Source: Tubulanus polymorphus
Taxonomy: Eukaryota > Animalia > Nemertea
NCBI RefSeq assembly: GCF_964204645.1
Contig: NC_134029.1
Coordinates: forward strand, 7,068,001-7,132,000
DNA: 64,000 bases
Reading direction: 5' to 3'
The notes under the pieces were generated by a model. That model ran no database searches, was not told where the DNA came from, and was given only the letters and a program-made list of their open reading frames with translations. Positions 53,647 through 63,960 of the stretch are shown here, one piece after another (position 1 is the first letter of the stretch; each line of letters opens with the position of its first letter). The translations under genes and the position numbers were made by a program.

Positions 53647-53825
53647 TAGACCAGCGTGTGACTGTCGCTGTCGTCGGACGACACCACGTCAATAAATCAT
53701 TCAACATTTTATTCGTAGAGGAGCCGTGTTAACCGGGTGTAGAATACAGACCTGCCAACCCCAGAAATATGTTGTCAGTACAGATTTTTTTGTACAGAGT
53801 TTGTCAGTATTTTCTTGAGTTTTGC

Positions 53826-53990
53826 GATAACACGGAGGAGATTTGGCCCGTGCCAAAGTGGCACGGATCAGGCCTGAGCCAAATTTGGCCCGTGCCTAAT
53901 TGGAGCGCGCAAACCACTCATTTGATACTAAACAATGTTCAAATGCAATCCATTGTCCCGTGCTAAAATTTGGCTAGGGCCTGGTCCGAC
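53826..53990. mobile_element. Partial copy of the 50986 MITE family
   Basis: gatttggccc...ggatcaggcc.gag.caaattt...tgcctaatt...aaaccactca...gatactaa.caatg is shared with 50990-51320. Confidence 0.7.
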
Positions 53991-54883
53991 ATTTTTGGTC
54001 GAATTAACTAGTTAACGTATAGGTACTACTCTCGTCTCGTTGCATTTTAAATATTTTGTGAGCGCGTGTCCGCCCGTCAAAGTCATATTTGATAAGGTTT
54101 GCTTAACAATAGTGAATAGCTGCTGTTCGGACAGATTCTACTAAACGCATCATCAATGTACTATCTTGATCATCGTACGATCGACTTTCGTCTTGGTACC
54201 CGGAAAAAATATGAACAAGAAATACATTTATGAAGCGTGGGATTTCTGAGTATTCTAGACTTAAAGAGTAGAAGAGTACTTTTCTATTCGAAAGACATAC
54301 CCATTTCCTTACCCAAGAAGGATAAATTTCGATTTTGATTAAATTTACTAATTGAAGCTTATTTTTGATACGTATACAGTTACAGTCAGTCCACATTGAT
54401 CTATCGCTTGATGGTACGCAGTATTGGCTTAAACTGCTTTATTTTTCGTAGTTTACAGAATATTCTATATTCTGGTCCTACACATTAGTCGACCGGCGTG
54501 TGACTGTTCGCAGTCGTCAGACACCACGAAAATAAATCATCAAAAATTCTACAGGTCCATATGCTTACCTAAGAAGGACAAAATTTGATTTCGATTTCTT
54601 AAAGCTATTGACTTTTTGAAAAACTTACTCTTGATTTAAACTTCTTTTTTTGATTCGTACATACAGGAAGTAGTCAATATTGATTTAGGAAAAACGGATT
54701 GCCGAAAACAGCGAGTAGACGTAAAAAGGAAATGTTCGGTTCATTAACACGCAGTCCCTTAAGTCAAAGTCCGTCATAACACCATCCTTTTTCATGCCAC
54801 TGCGCGCCTAACGCCAACATTTTACAGAGAACAAATTTGCCCGATCTAACTCGAATTCAATGAAAATACCATTCTTTGCAAGG

Positions 54884-54918
54884 CCATGGACGTATAAACT
54901 AGTTTTATACGTCCATGG
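54884..54918. repeat. Hairpin with perfect 15-bp arms (possible minimal TIR element)
   Basis: ccatggacgtataaa-ctagt-tttatacgtccatgg. Confidence 0.85.
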
Positions 54919-54921
54919 TAA

Positions 54922-55146
54922 GGCTAAACAAAAATGATACATTGTTTCTTCGCAACGGCCGGGTCATATTTGTAAAAGATAATATACTATTTGTAATCAA
55001 TTCATTTCTATAGCTGCCGGGTCTGTTAAATCAGAAATGATCACGATTATTTTTAAGTAAGTGTACAGGGTAAATAGTTGGCCGGCCGGATCAAGTTTTA
55101 AGCCCAGCAGAGCGAAGAAAACAAGGTATCAATACTTTTTTTAGCC
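54922..55146. mobile_element. Harbinger/Tourist-like MITE with TAA TSD, just downstream of the convertase stop
   Basis: taa|ggctaaacaaaaatgatacattgtttcttcgc...gcgaagaaaacaaggtatcaatacttttt-ttagcc|taa. Confidence 0.8.
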
Positions 55147-55237
55147 TAACGCCAATTTCGTTATATCGTCATGTTTTCCGTTGGTCCAACAGCGGCATTA
55201 TAAAGGACTTGTACTCTACTTCCAAAGAACATCAAAG

Positions 55238-55728
55238 TCAATTTATTACTACATCACCATTTATGCCACTCGAACCTTTACTTAAAATGTCTACGTCGCC
55301 TATAGGAGTAACAACATCGCCTATATGAGCAACAACATCGCCTACATGATCAACGACGCCATCATTATTTATGACAACAGCATTATCTGTGACGTCATCA
55401 TTATCCGAGTTGTCCGCCTCCTCGTCGTCGGTATTGAGAACGTCGTATTTGACGGTGTTATTTTCAACTCGATTCTGAGAGTTTCCGAACAGCTTTCGCC
55501 GTTCGTCTTTGAATTGGAAAATGAGAAACAATACAATGGCGAATAAAGCGATGACAAACAGCACGCTACCGACAATGTAAAGACCTATAGCTTTCGATCG
55601 GATCGGGCGGCATGCATTCGTACGAAATTCGACCATTCCAACGTGCGTTAGTTTTACGTATTTAACTGTGTTAGACGGACATTCACTTTGGCAAAGGGCG
55701 TCCAGCAGAACGTAACCGTTGTAACATG
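55238..55728 (-). CDS. Furin-like proprotein convertase, terminal exon C: partial furin-like Cys repeat, TM helix and sorting tail
   Basis: Acceptor tgttttttt-cag| (phase 1). CYNGYVLLDALCQSECP resembles the second half of an FU repeat. It is followed by TM AIGLYIVGSVLFVIALFAIVLFLIF, a YDVL YxxPhi motif and the acidic cluster TDDEEADNSDNDD, as in furin tails. Linkage to the P-domain exons is inferred from strand, phase and architecture. Confidence 0.8.
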
Positions 55729-57519
55729 CTGAAAAAAACAAAGATTAAACTCGTTCAAAGCAAAGGTAAAGTGACTTAGAGGCAAGCGGGTTTTACTTCG
55801 AGTGTTGGCTGTCAAGTAAACTGAAAGAATAAGTGGTTGTAATATAACTAATGAACACGTTATATTTAGCAAATTATCGGATGGAAAAGAATTCCAGAGA
55901 AAGAAAGCATAGAAAATATACATATAGCAACACAATGAAATCGAGGGTTAGTTCTCACATCACACGTATCACACACGCTCATACAAAATATTTAGCATCA
56001 ACAGTAAGACATATTTGGCACATTCAATACTAGGGGACACTCGAAAAAATGTATGTATAATCATGCTCACAAATCAAAATTTTCCAAGCTTTTCAAAAAA
56101 AGGTTTCAAACACATATTTCTACATGGTAACTTCGGGCCAATTTTCCCACTCAAAATTAATTGATGACATTTGCGGATCTCTGATCAATTCGATTAGAAG
56201 CAAAATCTTTAAAACTAGATCCATTGTCATGCTATCCGCCAGCTATATATGCTATGGCAAAATCCAATAAGTCAAAAACTATGGAACTGGTTCCACAGAA
56301 CACACGAAAATGTACAACACTGAACACTACAAGGATAAACGTGGAAAAGGCACGGATTCATGCAGCCAGTTCCACTGAACAGTTGATGATTCAAAATGTG
56401 TGCATTTCTAATTGGAATCAGAATTGTCGTTAACCAGGTCGATTTTGAATCAACAATATCATATAATTAGATATATCATTAGAGTAACAAAATACATGCG
56501 TTGTCTGGAATTTTACCTGTATCGGGTTTATAACGTGGAAGTTCAATTCAGTTCACGACGAACAAAGAACAGCGAGTAGAACAGCGAGAGCGCCAAAACT
56601 TGTCAGATACGCAACATTCATCACGCAGAAAAATACACCGTAATCAGGATTGCACAAAGCCCACGACCGCTCTTAGTTAAGAATGGGTAAAACTGACACA
56701 ATCGCAATGGAATTTAATATTGGTTCACTGAAATCCCTAGAGAGCATGAGGTACAGACCCTGGCACTATAGCCATATACGACAATTCATTATACACATTT
56801 CAATCGAGATTTTTTTCGTCGACATTAACTTTAGAACAAGAAAATAGCAAGAAAAGCAACCATAACAACCAGGATAAGAGTTATCGATATTTATTACAGA
56901 TTTACATGACTTGCACCATGAGGAACCTTACAGGACGAAAAAGAGTTGTTCATCATTTACAAAATCAATCCTTTAAATGAAATGTCAATAAACATCTTAA
57001 GATTGTAATAATTATATCAATATAATAATATGGTAATAATAATAATTAAATAGTAATATAAATAAGACCCCTGAATTCAATAAAATGAACGCCCGAAAGG
57101 CAAGTCAACAAATAACTTGTGCTCTAACGAAGATTTATGCTATTGATATGGATAGTTTTTTCTCAAACGAACCCTAGAATTCAGAGGAGACGACTCATCA
57201 TCGTATAAATTAATGCGAAAGATTATTCTCTCGGGTATTGTCAAACGAACATTCTATTATTATGACATATATCGTTGTACATGAAGTTCATACGCGTAAC
57301 ATACGAGGACAGATAACAACTATACACGATAAATATTACATCATCATCATCATCGGGTGGAAAATTTATAGCCAAAATCTATTGCATATTTCAGGTTATT
57401 GTTATCATCGTTTATGGCATATAAATCCGTTCATTGCAGTATTATGACATATATCAAATTACTTCTAGTTTTTGCGGCACAGTTGCACATACAAAACGAG
57501 GGTTGGCACCCCTTGATAG

Positions 57520-58092
57520 CAGGGGCGGATCCAGGCTGGAAGAGAGGAGGGTTCACCTCATGCGAAAAGGGCACTTTATAGTCTTGGCGGGTGCCCTGAA
57601 GAGCGCAGCAGGTATGAAGCCTTCGTAGCCAGAGCCGTCGGAAGGGATTTTTCAGTGGCGAGGCTTATTTCTGAAGGAGGGGGGGGGTCTTTTTGAAAAT
57701 TCAATCGCCGGAGATGCGTTTTGGGGCCATTTCACGGTCTCATTCACAGAAGCATGAGAAGTCGTGAGCCAACCACCTAGTACAGAGAACAACGAGTTGC
57801 TACACGGTACAGCGTGCTTTTGAAAAAAGCATAACAAATTTTTTGTTAAGCAAAAAAGTGGGGCGGCTTTAGCCACCCCTGCCACCCCATTCCGACGGCC
57901 CTGGTAGCGGGGTCTGAGGCCCTCCCCCGGTAAATTTTGAACATTTAGGCACATTTTTATAGAATTTCGTGCATCTAATTAGATCGAGATCAGTATAGCA
58001 GTTAAGACGCATATATCAAATAGATTCGATCAGAAAGGGTACTTGATCAGAAAAGAACTTCCCTTTGGGTCGGCCCCCTCGATACGCAGTAG
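57520..58092. mobile_element. Nested hAT-like MITEs (inner copy 57630-57903, 5-bp TSD GTAGC)
   Basis: Outer element starts caggggcggatccagg, with a degenerate right end near 58075-58092. Inner element is gtagc|cagagccgtcggaa...ttccgacggccctg|gtagc. Confidence 0.7.
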
Positions 58093-59018
58093 TGACTGAA
58101 ACTGCTGGTATCCAGTACTTTCCCAGTATGCAGGTTGACCTGTACGCAGTAAGCGTGTTAAATTAGACTGGTCGTTTCAATATCATCAGAACACATCTGA
58201 ACATTAGAATGAGTAATCAGTAGGCAGTCAGCACTTTAAATAGTTAGCGGAACCTCATATAGACAGAAAAGTTTGTGAAATGAATCCATTATCTCTATAA
58301 CTCTCTTAACCAGTATTCAGGAAATATGTACCGGTATTCATTCGAGTATTGTAGGTTTTCGGGTGCCAACCCTCATAAACTGGGCCGTTCTTTTTTTCAA
58401 ACAGCGACTTACTATACTGCGGGAATCATCTCTGAATATTAATTATCAGGTACGTACATAAATCCACAGTAACAACGATAAATATATTCACAAATTTGGG
58501 TAGACCTACGTAAACGGGCCCGGGATTATCAAAAAAGTTCGAAAATCTGGCATAGTTACTTAAACCGAATACTTGCATATATTCAATTGTATTATACCAA
58601 AATATTCTCGACGTCTGTCATGTTGCTGAACATCATTTCCAGTTTCAACGGTATAAAAACTGACAATCTCATCGATAATCCCAAAAAGAACAACGGGTAG
58701 ACGACCGCCATTATATCATAACTCCACCCTAAATAGTCCATAATCATGCAAATATTTCGAGGTGGTAATAATAACATTCGGTGAGTACAAAATAGTACAC
58801 AATAGTACACAATATATATGTATATATTATATACATACATTGTGTGTGTTCTACAATGAATTGTTACGGATGTAAAGGGTAGTGATAAAATCTACAGTAC
58901 AAAACTACGTAAAATATCGTTTCTGTGTGCTACGTTTTTTTTTCTCATTTTGTTCATATTGGCTACGCAATTTCCCGGGGGCATTACTCACATAGTATAA
59001 CACCATCATTGCCGCATT

Positions 59019-59021
<3 letters not shown>

Positions 59022-59081
<60 letters not shown>

Positions 59082-59086
59082 ATATA
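59022..59086 (+). repeat. (TA)n microsatellite
   Basis: Seen directly. Confidence 0.95.
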
Positions 59087-59874
59087 TTCATAATACGTAA
59101 AATAATTACATTTCATCATTCAATTTTGTCATTAAATAATAAATATCTTTTATCAAAATAACACTACATAATATCGGTAATAATAAGAAAATGTTCCCTA
59201 GTTATGTGTGTGTGTATAGGGATTGAAAATAAACGTCGTGCAAAAAAGGTCTTTATTTCGATTCTTTTGCGAAAATAAATGCACCCTTTATCGAGGATTT
59301 TTTCTTCGTTTAAAAAAAAGAAGTTTTTATCAAAAAAGAATTTCACACGTGAACGTTCGACGTCATTCGATCAGAAGACTGGCAACAAATGTATTCAGAA
59401 ATTAAGATTAACGCACTCTATGAAAAGAACCTGCATTTTGACTTCAAAAAACCACACTTTTTCAAAAGTCCAAACGATTTCTTAGTATCTACGTTTAAAC
59501 CCGACACAACCACGCGCGATAGCATGCTATGGTGATCGTGAATTAGTCCTCACTATCCCTGAGTACTTCGCTATTGTACCGAAAACAAATTAAAAAGTTC
59601 GATTTAAAAATAAAACATATTAAAAAAATAAAAGTCTCATCATGGCGTTATATCCATTCATCAAACATTCACCTAAAACGAAGTATAAATATGCCCATCC
59701 AAACTACGAAGACACGTTAAACAGAAACTGACGAAAATTTCAAAACGAAACTAACTACGTTGTACAAGAAATCGCGGGTGCATCACGAAACTACGTAGTA
59801 CAAAACGCTGCAAAATCAATACAATTCAAAACTGAGAGGTCCCAGTCTGAATACGAAACAGCCTTTACCCGATC

Positions 59875-60880
59875 ATATCGCTAATAATTAACAATGGTAC
59901 TAAGATACTGAATCATAGTATCGCTAATTACTCCAAGACTAGAACCTAACTGATGCACAAAGACGATTCTTCAGCTGCCATTATTGAACATATTATAATA
60001 TTAATACTACAAAGTTGCCATACTGTCCGCACTTGTTTAGCTGTGACTCTAGAACTTGGGCCCTGTTGTGCTGTCATGACTTTAATACAAAGCAGTTGTA
60101 AATCTTATAGTCATAAGTTGTCAGATAGGCTAGACAACCAAAATGAGCTTAGACTGCCTGGGGCCAGTTGCATAGTCATGGCTTAGACCAGTCAAAGACC
60201 AACTTAGTTCTATAGCTAATCTAACAACTTAAGACCAGTCTTAAGATTTAAGACCACTTTTGGACTTAAGTCATGACTGTGCAACTGGCCCCTGGTCTTA
60301 AGTTGTTTAGATTGGCTACAGAACTAAATTGGTCTTAGACTGGTCTTAAGTCTAAGCCATGACTGTGCAACTGGCCCCAGGTCTTAAATCTAAGCCATGA
60401 CCACGCAACTGCCCCCTGGTGGCATTGAGAGACACCCCTACATAAACCATGGAAGTCCGGTTTCGAATCCCAATGAGGACACATGCGGTTTTGCCAGGCG
60501 GATACTAAGTTAAGGAAGTAGCTTATTAGGATACAGTTTTTTTTAAGCCTTCGTCTCAGTAAATAAACGCTGACCCCCTTGTCCACTGCATGTCGGAGGC
60601 CCAAGAGCGGATGAATAGAAATATACCTTTTGAAAATGACCACCACCAAACGCAAGAACTGACAGGTGGAGAATTAAAGCTGTGCCAAATATGCCCTACA
60701 CATGACGTCCATTTCACACTCACACAGAATCCATATGTGAGATTCATCAGTTAACTAAGGAAACAATGAACATTCTTTGACTAGAAAATTAATCGGTAAG
60801 GACAGGATAATTCTACCTATTGGCAATCAAGATCGGCAATAGCGAAGCCAGAAGTTCGATATGAAAATAGCGCATTCATG
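59875..60880 (-). pseudogene. Decayed class A (neuropeptide-type) GPCR remnant inside the convertase intron
   Basis: Motifs appear in the correct order on the minus strand: FISN/AIADL (TM2, 60829-60865), WIL...DVMC (ECL1), LVVVIFKRYISIHPL (TM3) and LVPLLIIS (TM5, ~59880-59905). They are broken by stops, frameshifts and MITE insertions. Confidence 0.55.
60058..60415. mobile_element. Cluster of three nested Harbinger-like MITEs of one family (intact copy 60161-60291)
   Basis: ctg|gggccagttgcatagtcatg...catgactgtgcaactggccc|ctg, with further right ends at 60377 (followed by cag) and 60415 (followed by ctg). Confidence 0.85.
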
Positions 60881-62133
60881 CCAGCGACGGTCGCGGAAAT
60901 GATATCTTCTTCACTTTCAAATTAAACCACGGAAATGCAGCCAATCCCTGCTCCAAACTCTTTCTACATCTACTGCATATGCATACAAATCAGCTACCAG
61001 TCTATATAATTTCCCACTAGTTAGTGTATCTAACAGGAGTATGCAAATTTAGCGAAGAGTATATTGTGGGTTTTTTGAAGTCAACAAGCCCGGTGTAATA
61101 GAGGAAATCAGTAATAAAAAAATTCAAAAAATCAAGCTCATAGTGAGGGAAAAAGTGTGTGTGACCTTTATATAGTCGATATTGATAGAACATTCACCAG
61201 GTATTCTTCCTAACGTACATTATATATGCTAAATACAGATATCATAAACATGGATATCTATTAACTGGGTGGGCCACAAAGATAACAATTGCTATCCGTG
61301 ATTAAATAGGCTAATAATAATGAGCACTTTCAGTAATCAGTAACAAACATTCTCAGTAACATTTTAACGCATGAAACAAAAATGTTCAAATCATCGAACA
61401 AATTAAACTTGAAAATGTCTCTTGCTGAGTTGAGTATTGTTAAATGCTAATTGGACATTTACATGGGACATTCGAAATATTGCCGTCACAAAAAAGATTT
61501 CAATCTTATCTAGATATTACGAGAGTGAGTCCAACTTCAATTGTGGACCCAACTGGCACTCATAAGTGATTTGAATGTTGAAATAAGCAGCTTAATGGGA
61601 AATGAATTAGTAGAAACAAGTCTATTTTAATGGTTATCTTTTTGATGGGGTGAATTAGCAGTTAACTACACTCAAATTGTAGTGCAATGTAGGCAGGTCA
61701 ACTGACGTATACTTAAATGCATATAGAATACGATTTCTATTCCGGAAACCGGATGAATTCCGTTGGTCCCAAATAGTCAAATTAATCAGTAGACTTTTGC
61801 CTTGCATCGGAAGCTGCCCCGGAAACAGAAGAACAAGAATTCGGGAAAGTAATTAAAATTCTACTGGGAGGGTAGTATCTAGTTGGATGGCCAAGTTTTT
61901 TGAATCAAAAAACTATCCGCAATCGGTGGAATCGAATAGGTTCCATATATTCTCGATTTTGACCTGGTGAATGTTTCCTAAAAAGAGGTCTATAGCAACT
62001 AAACAGAGCATAGTTTCATAACATTAGGAATGTATATCCTCGTTGAAATACATAACGTACGTAATATATATCAAATGAAATAAATAAAGCTCTAGCGATA
62101 AAATATATATATAATTCATATACGCAATAAATA

Positions 62134-62318
62134 TCAAACTCGTGGAATGTTTTGACGACAAATTCCCAAAACCATGAACAGTAACAGGCACCAACCTATA
62201 CATGTAGTGTTGTCAGTATGCATATGGGCGCAGTTGGCGCTGCCGTTCCACGTGTGGTTTTTACTCTGCGGGTGAACCGGCGTACCGTGTATAACTAACG
62301 TCCATTCTTTCAATTCGG
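62134..62318 (-). CDS. Furin-like convertase, alternative terminal exon B: P-domain end plus GPI-signal-like/short hydrophobic tail
   Basis: Acceptor tttctcatttctacgttgcag| (phase 1). Reads xELKEWTLVIHGTPVHPQSKNHTWNGSANCAHMHTDNTTCIGWCLLLFMVLGICRQNIPRV*. LKEWxLVxHGT is the kexin/furin P-domain terminal strand. Not in the supplied ORF track. Confidence 0.82.
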
Positions 62319-63086
62319 CTGCAACGTAGAAATGAGAAAGAAATTTTCAATTTTGCGAGAGACAGAAATTCGATGAATTAACGTTTTACATATATACAAC
62401 ATGCGTTACATAGAAAAAGAAAAAACTTCATTATTCACGATATTTGCCAGAGAAGAACTTTTGCATTTCCCTATATTTTCTTAATGGAAATTTCAAGAAC
62501 GAAGATTGAATACGTTTCAAATATATGTAGTTGCATCAGCAGCAAATCCAATAATTTGTACTTATGCAGAAGTGTTCGCAAAAATTTCATCAATTGCTCT
62601 GGCACAAGAATTATCTTATAGGTATAAATACGAATTTGATATATATGGTATGAAAGATGTGTAAAAAGAAGCTTAGAATCCGTGGCTGAACAGAACGTAA
62701 TAATAACAATCATAGATGAACTGGATTTAAAACTAGTTATGAAAATACATAGCACGAAAACAATACTCGTATACAGAAATCAAAGCGTTGCACTCGTCAT
62801 AACTATACGCGAAGAATAACGAAGCTACTTGTAGTGTTGAAGTGGTGGAACGCGAGGTGCGCAAAAACCAAAAACCAAAAACCAAAATTCAATATCAGCT
62901 GCCTCTGAATAACGTCTGAAACAATTTTCTAGATGAAGTCATACCGTAGTAGTAGCACATATAGATCATCAATTTAAAATACAACATCGAATCTTTGTAA
63001 TATGAAAACACAGAAGCATGCTAGTATTCAACAAAGACTGCATATAGATATAGATACACTGAACATGTACAATAATTCATCCTTGC

Positions 63087-63398
63087 CTTTGTCATCATCG
63101 CGGCCATGATTAGATACTTTACTAAAAGGCGTATTTTTCTTGCGACCACAGTTTACGTGGACCTTTGTGGGGCTATAAGGCTTTGAAACCTTTGTCTCCG
63201 ACAAAGTTTCTTTTTGCCCCGAAGGCGAAGAAGAGTGAGAAGTTTTATTTGGCGTAGGTCGATTCATACGAGGAGTTTGAACAGTGGCAGTAGTTCGCGC
63301 TTGGGTTTTGGTACTGGTGGCAGTGGTCGTAGTGGTGGTAAACCGCGCGTCGGTGCCATACATAACCAAATGCCACTCCTGTAACTTAGCTGAACGGT
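63087..63398 (-). CDS. Furin-like convertase, alternative exon A: P-domain end plus Ser/Thr-rich stalk
   Basis: Acceptor tttctcttgcag| (phase 1). Reads xRSAKLQEWHLVMYGTDARFTTTTTTATST.... The 3' boundary is uncertain: GC donor AAG|GCAAGG after 63087, GT donor after 63123 (both phase 1, compatible with exon C), or read-through to the stop at 63028. Catalytic exons lie beyond the window. Confidence 0.8.
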
Positions 63399-63834
63399 CT
63401 GCAAGAGAAATAACAGACGATGCTTAAAAGAACATCGTCACCAAGACTGGAGCAAGAACTTAGCCCGGACACCTCGAGGAGAACCGAGATTACGAAACAA
63501 AGGAGAACCAAGATTATGCCGTGTTGCTTCAAGAAATTCCTGTATTTACCCATCCGTAATCAACTGCCGCTTAATCATAATTCTAAGTAGGATGCTATGG
63601 TAATTTTTTACTACAAAAAACCAATCAAACGATGGAATTTTGTCAAATACTCTTCAGTCTGTTTAGTATAATTACTCTTCTAGCTGCAAGCGGCACAACG
63701 CATGCCACTGAAGACGTTAGTCATCTTTTTGCGCATCTCTAGTGAGTTAACGATTCATAACGTAAACCTGATGCAAGGCCGATGCGCATTCCCCTTAAAG
63801 TACATCTCAGCTAAATACCAAATATCAAAATCAG

Positions 63835-63960
63835 GGGTCAATTGCTCATAAGATGGTTGGAGTTAAATTATGGACAAATACCATGGTGACGATGCAATTT
63901 TAATTGTCAGTATGAAATCTATCCACCAGTAACTTAAGCCAACTTTTGAACAACTGACCC
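63835..63960. mobile_element. Harbinger-like MITE (same family as ~31238-31365)
   Basis: gggtcaattgctcataagatggtt...gccaacttttgaacaactgaccc. Internal sequence is the inverse of the 31.2-kb copy. Confidence 0.7.

Noticed and set aside
58690-58760. Second GPCR TM3-like relic (SYDIMAVVYPL) on the minus strand
   Set aside because: Single short motif, wrong Cys spacing and no supporting helices; could be chance.
60167-60180. miR-153-like string ttgcatagtca
   Set aside because: It is part of a MITE TIR, and the rest of the mature miRNA sequence is absent.
60058-60415. CRISPR-like or other prokaryotic repeat array
   Set aside because: The repeats are TIRs of nested MITEs without regular spacers, and the window is eukaryotic.
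60420-60545. Possible tRNA/SINE head (ggtttcgaatccc)
   Set aside because: Degenerate B-box with no clear A-box or TSD; too weak to call.
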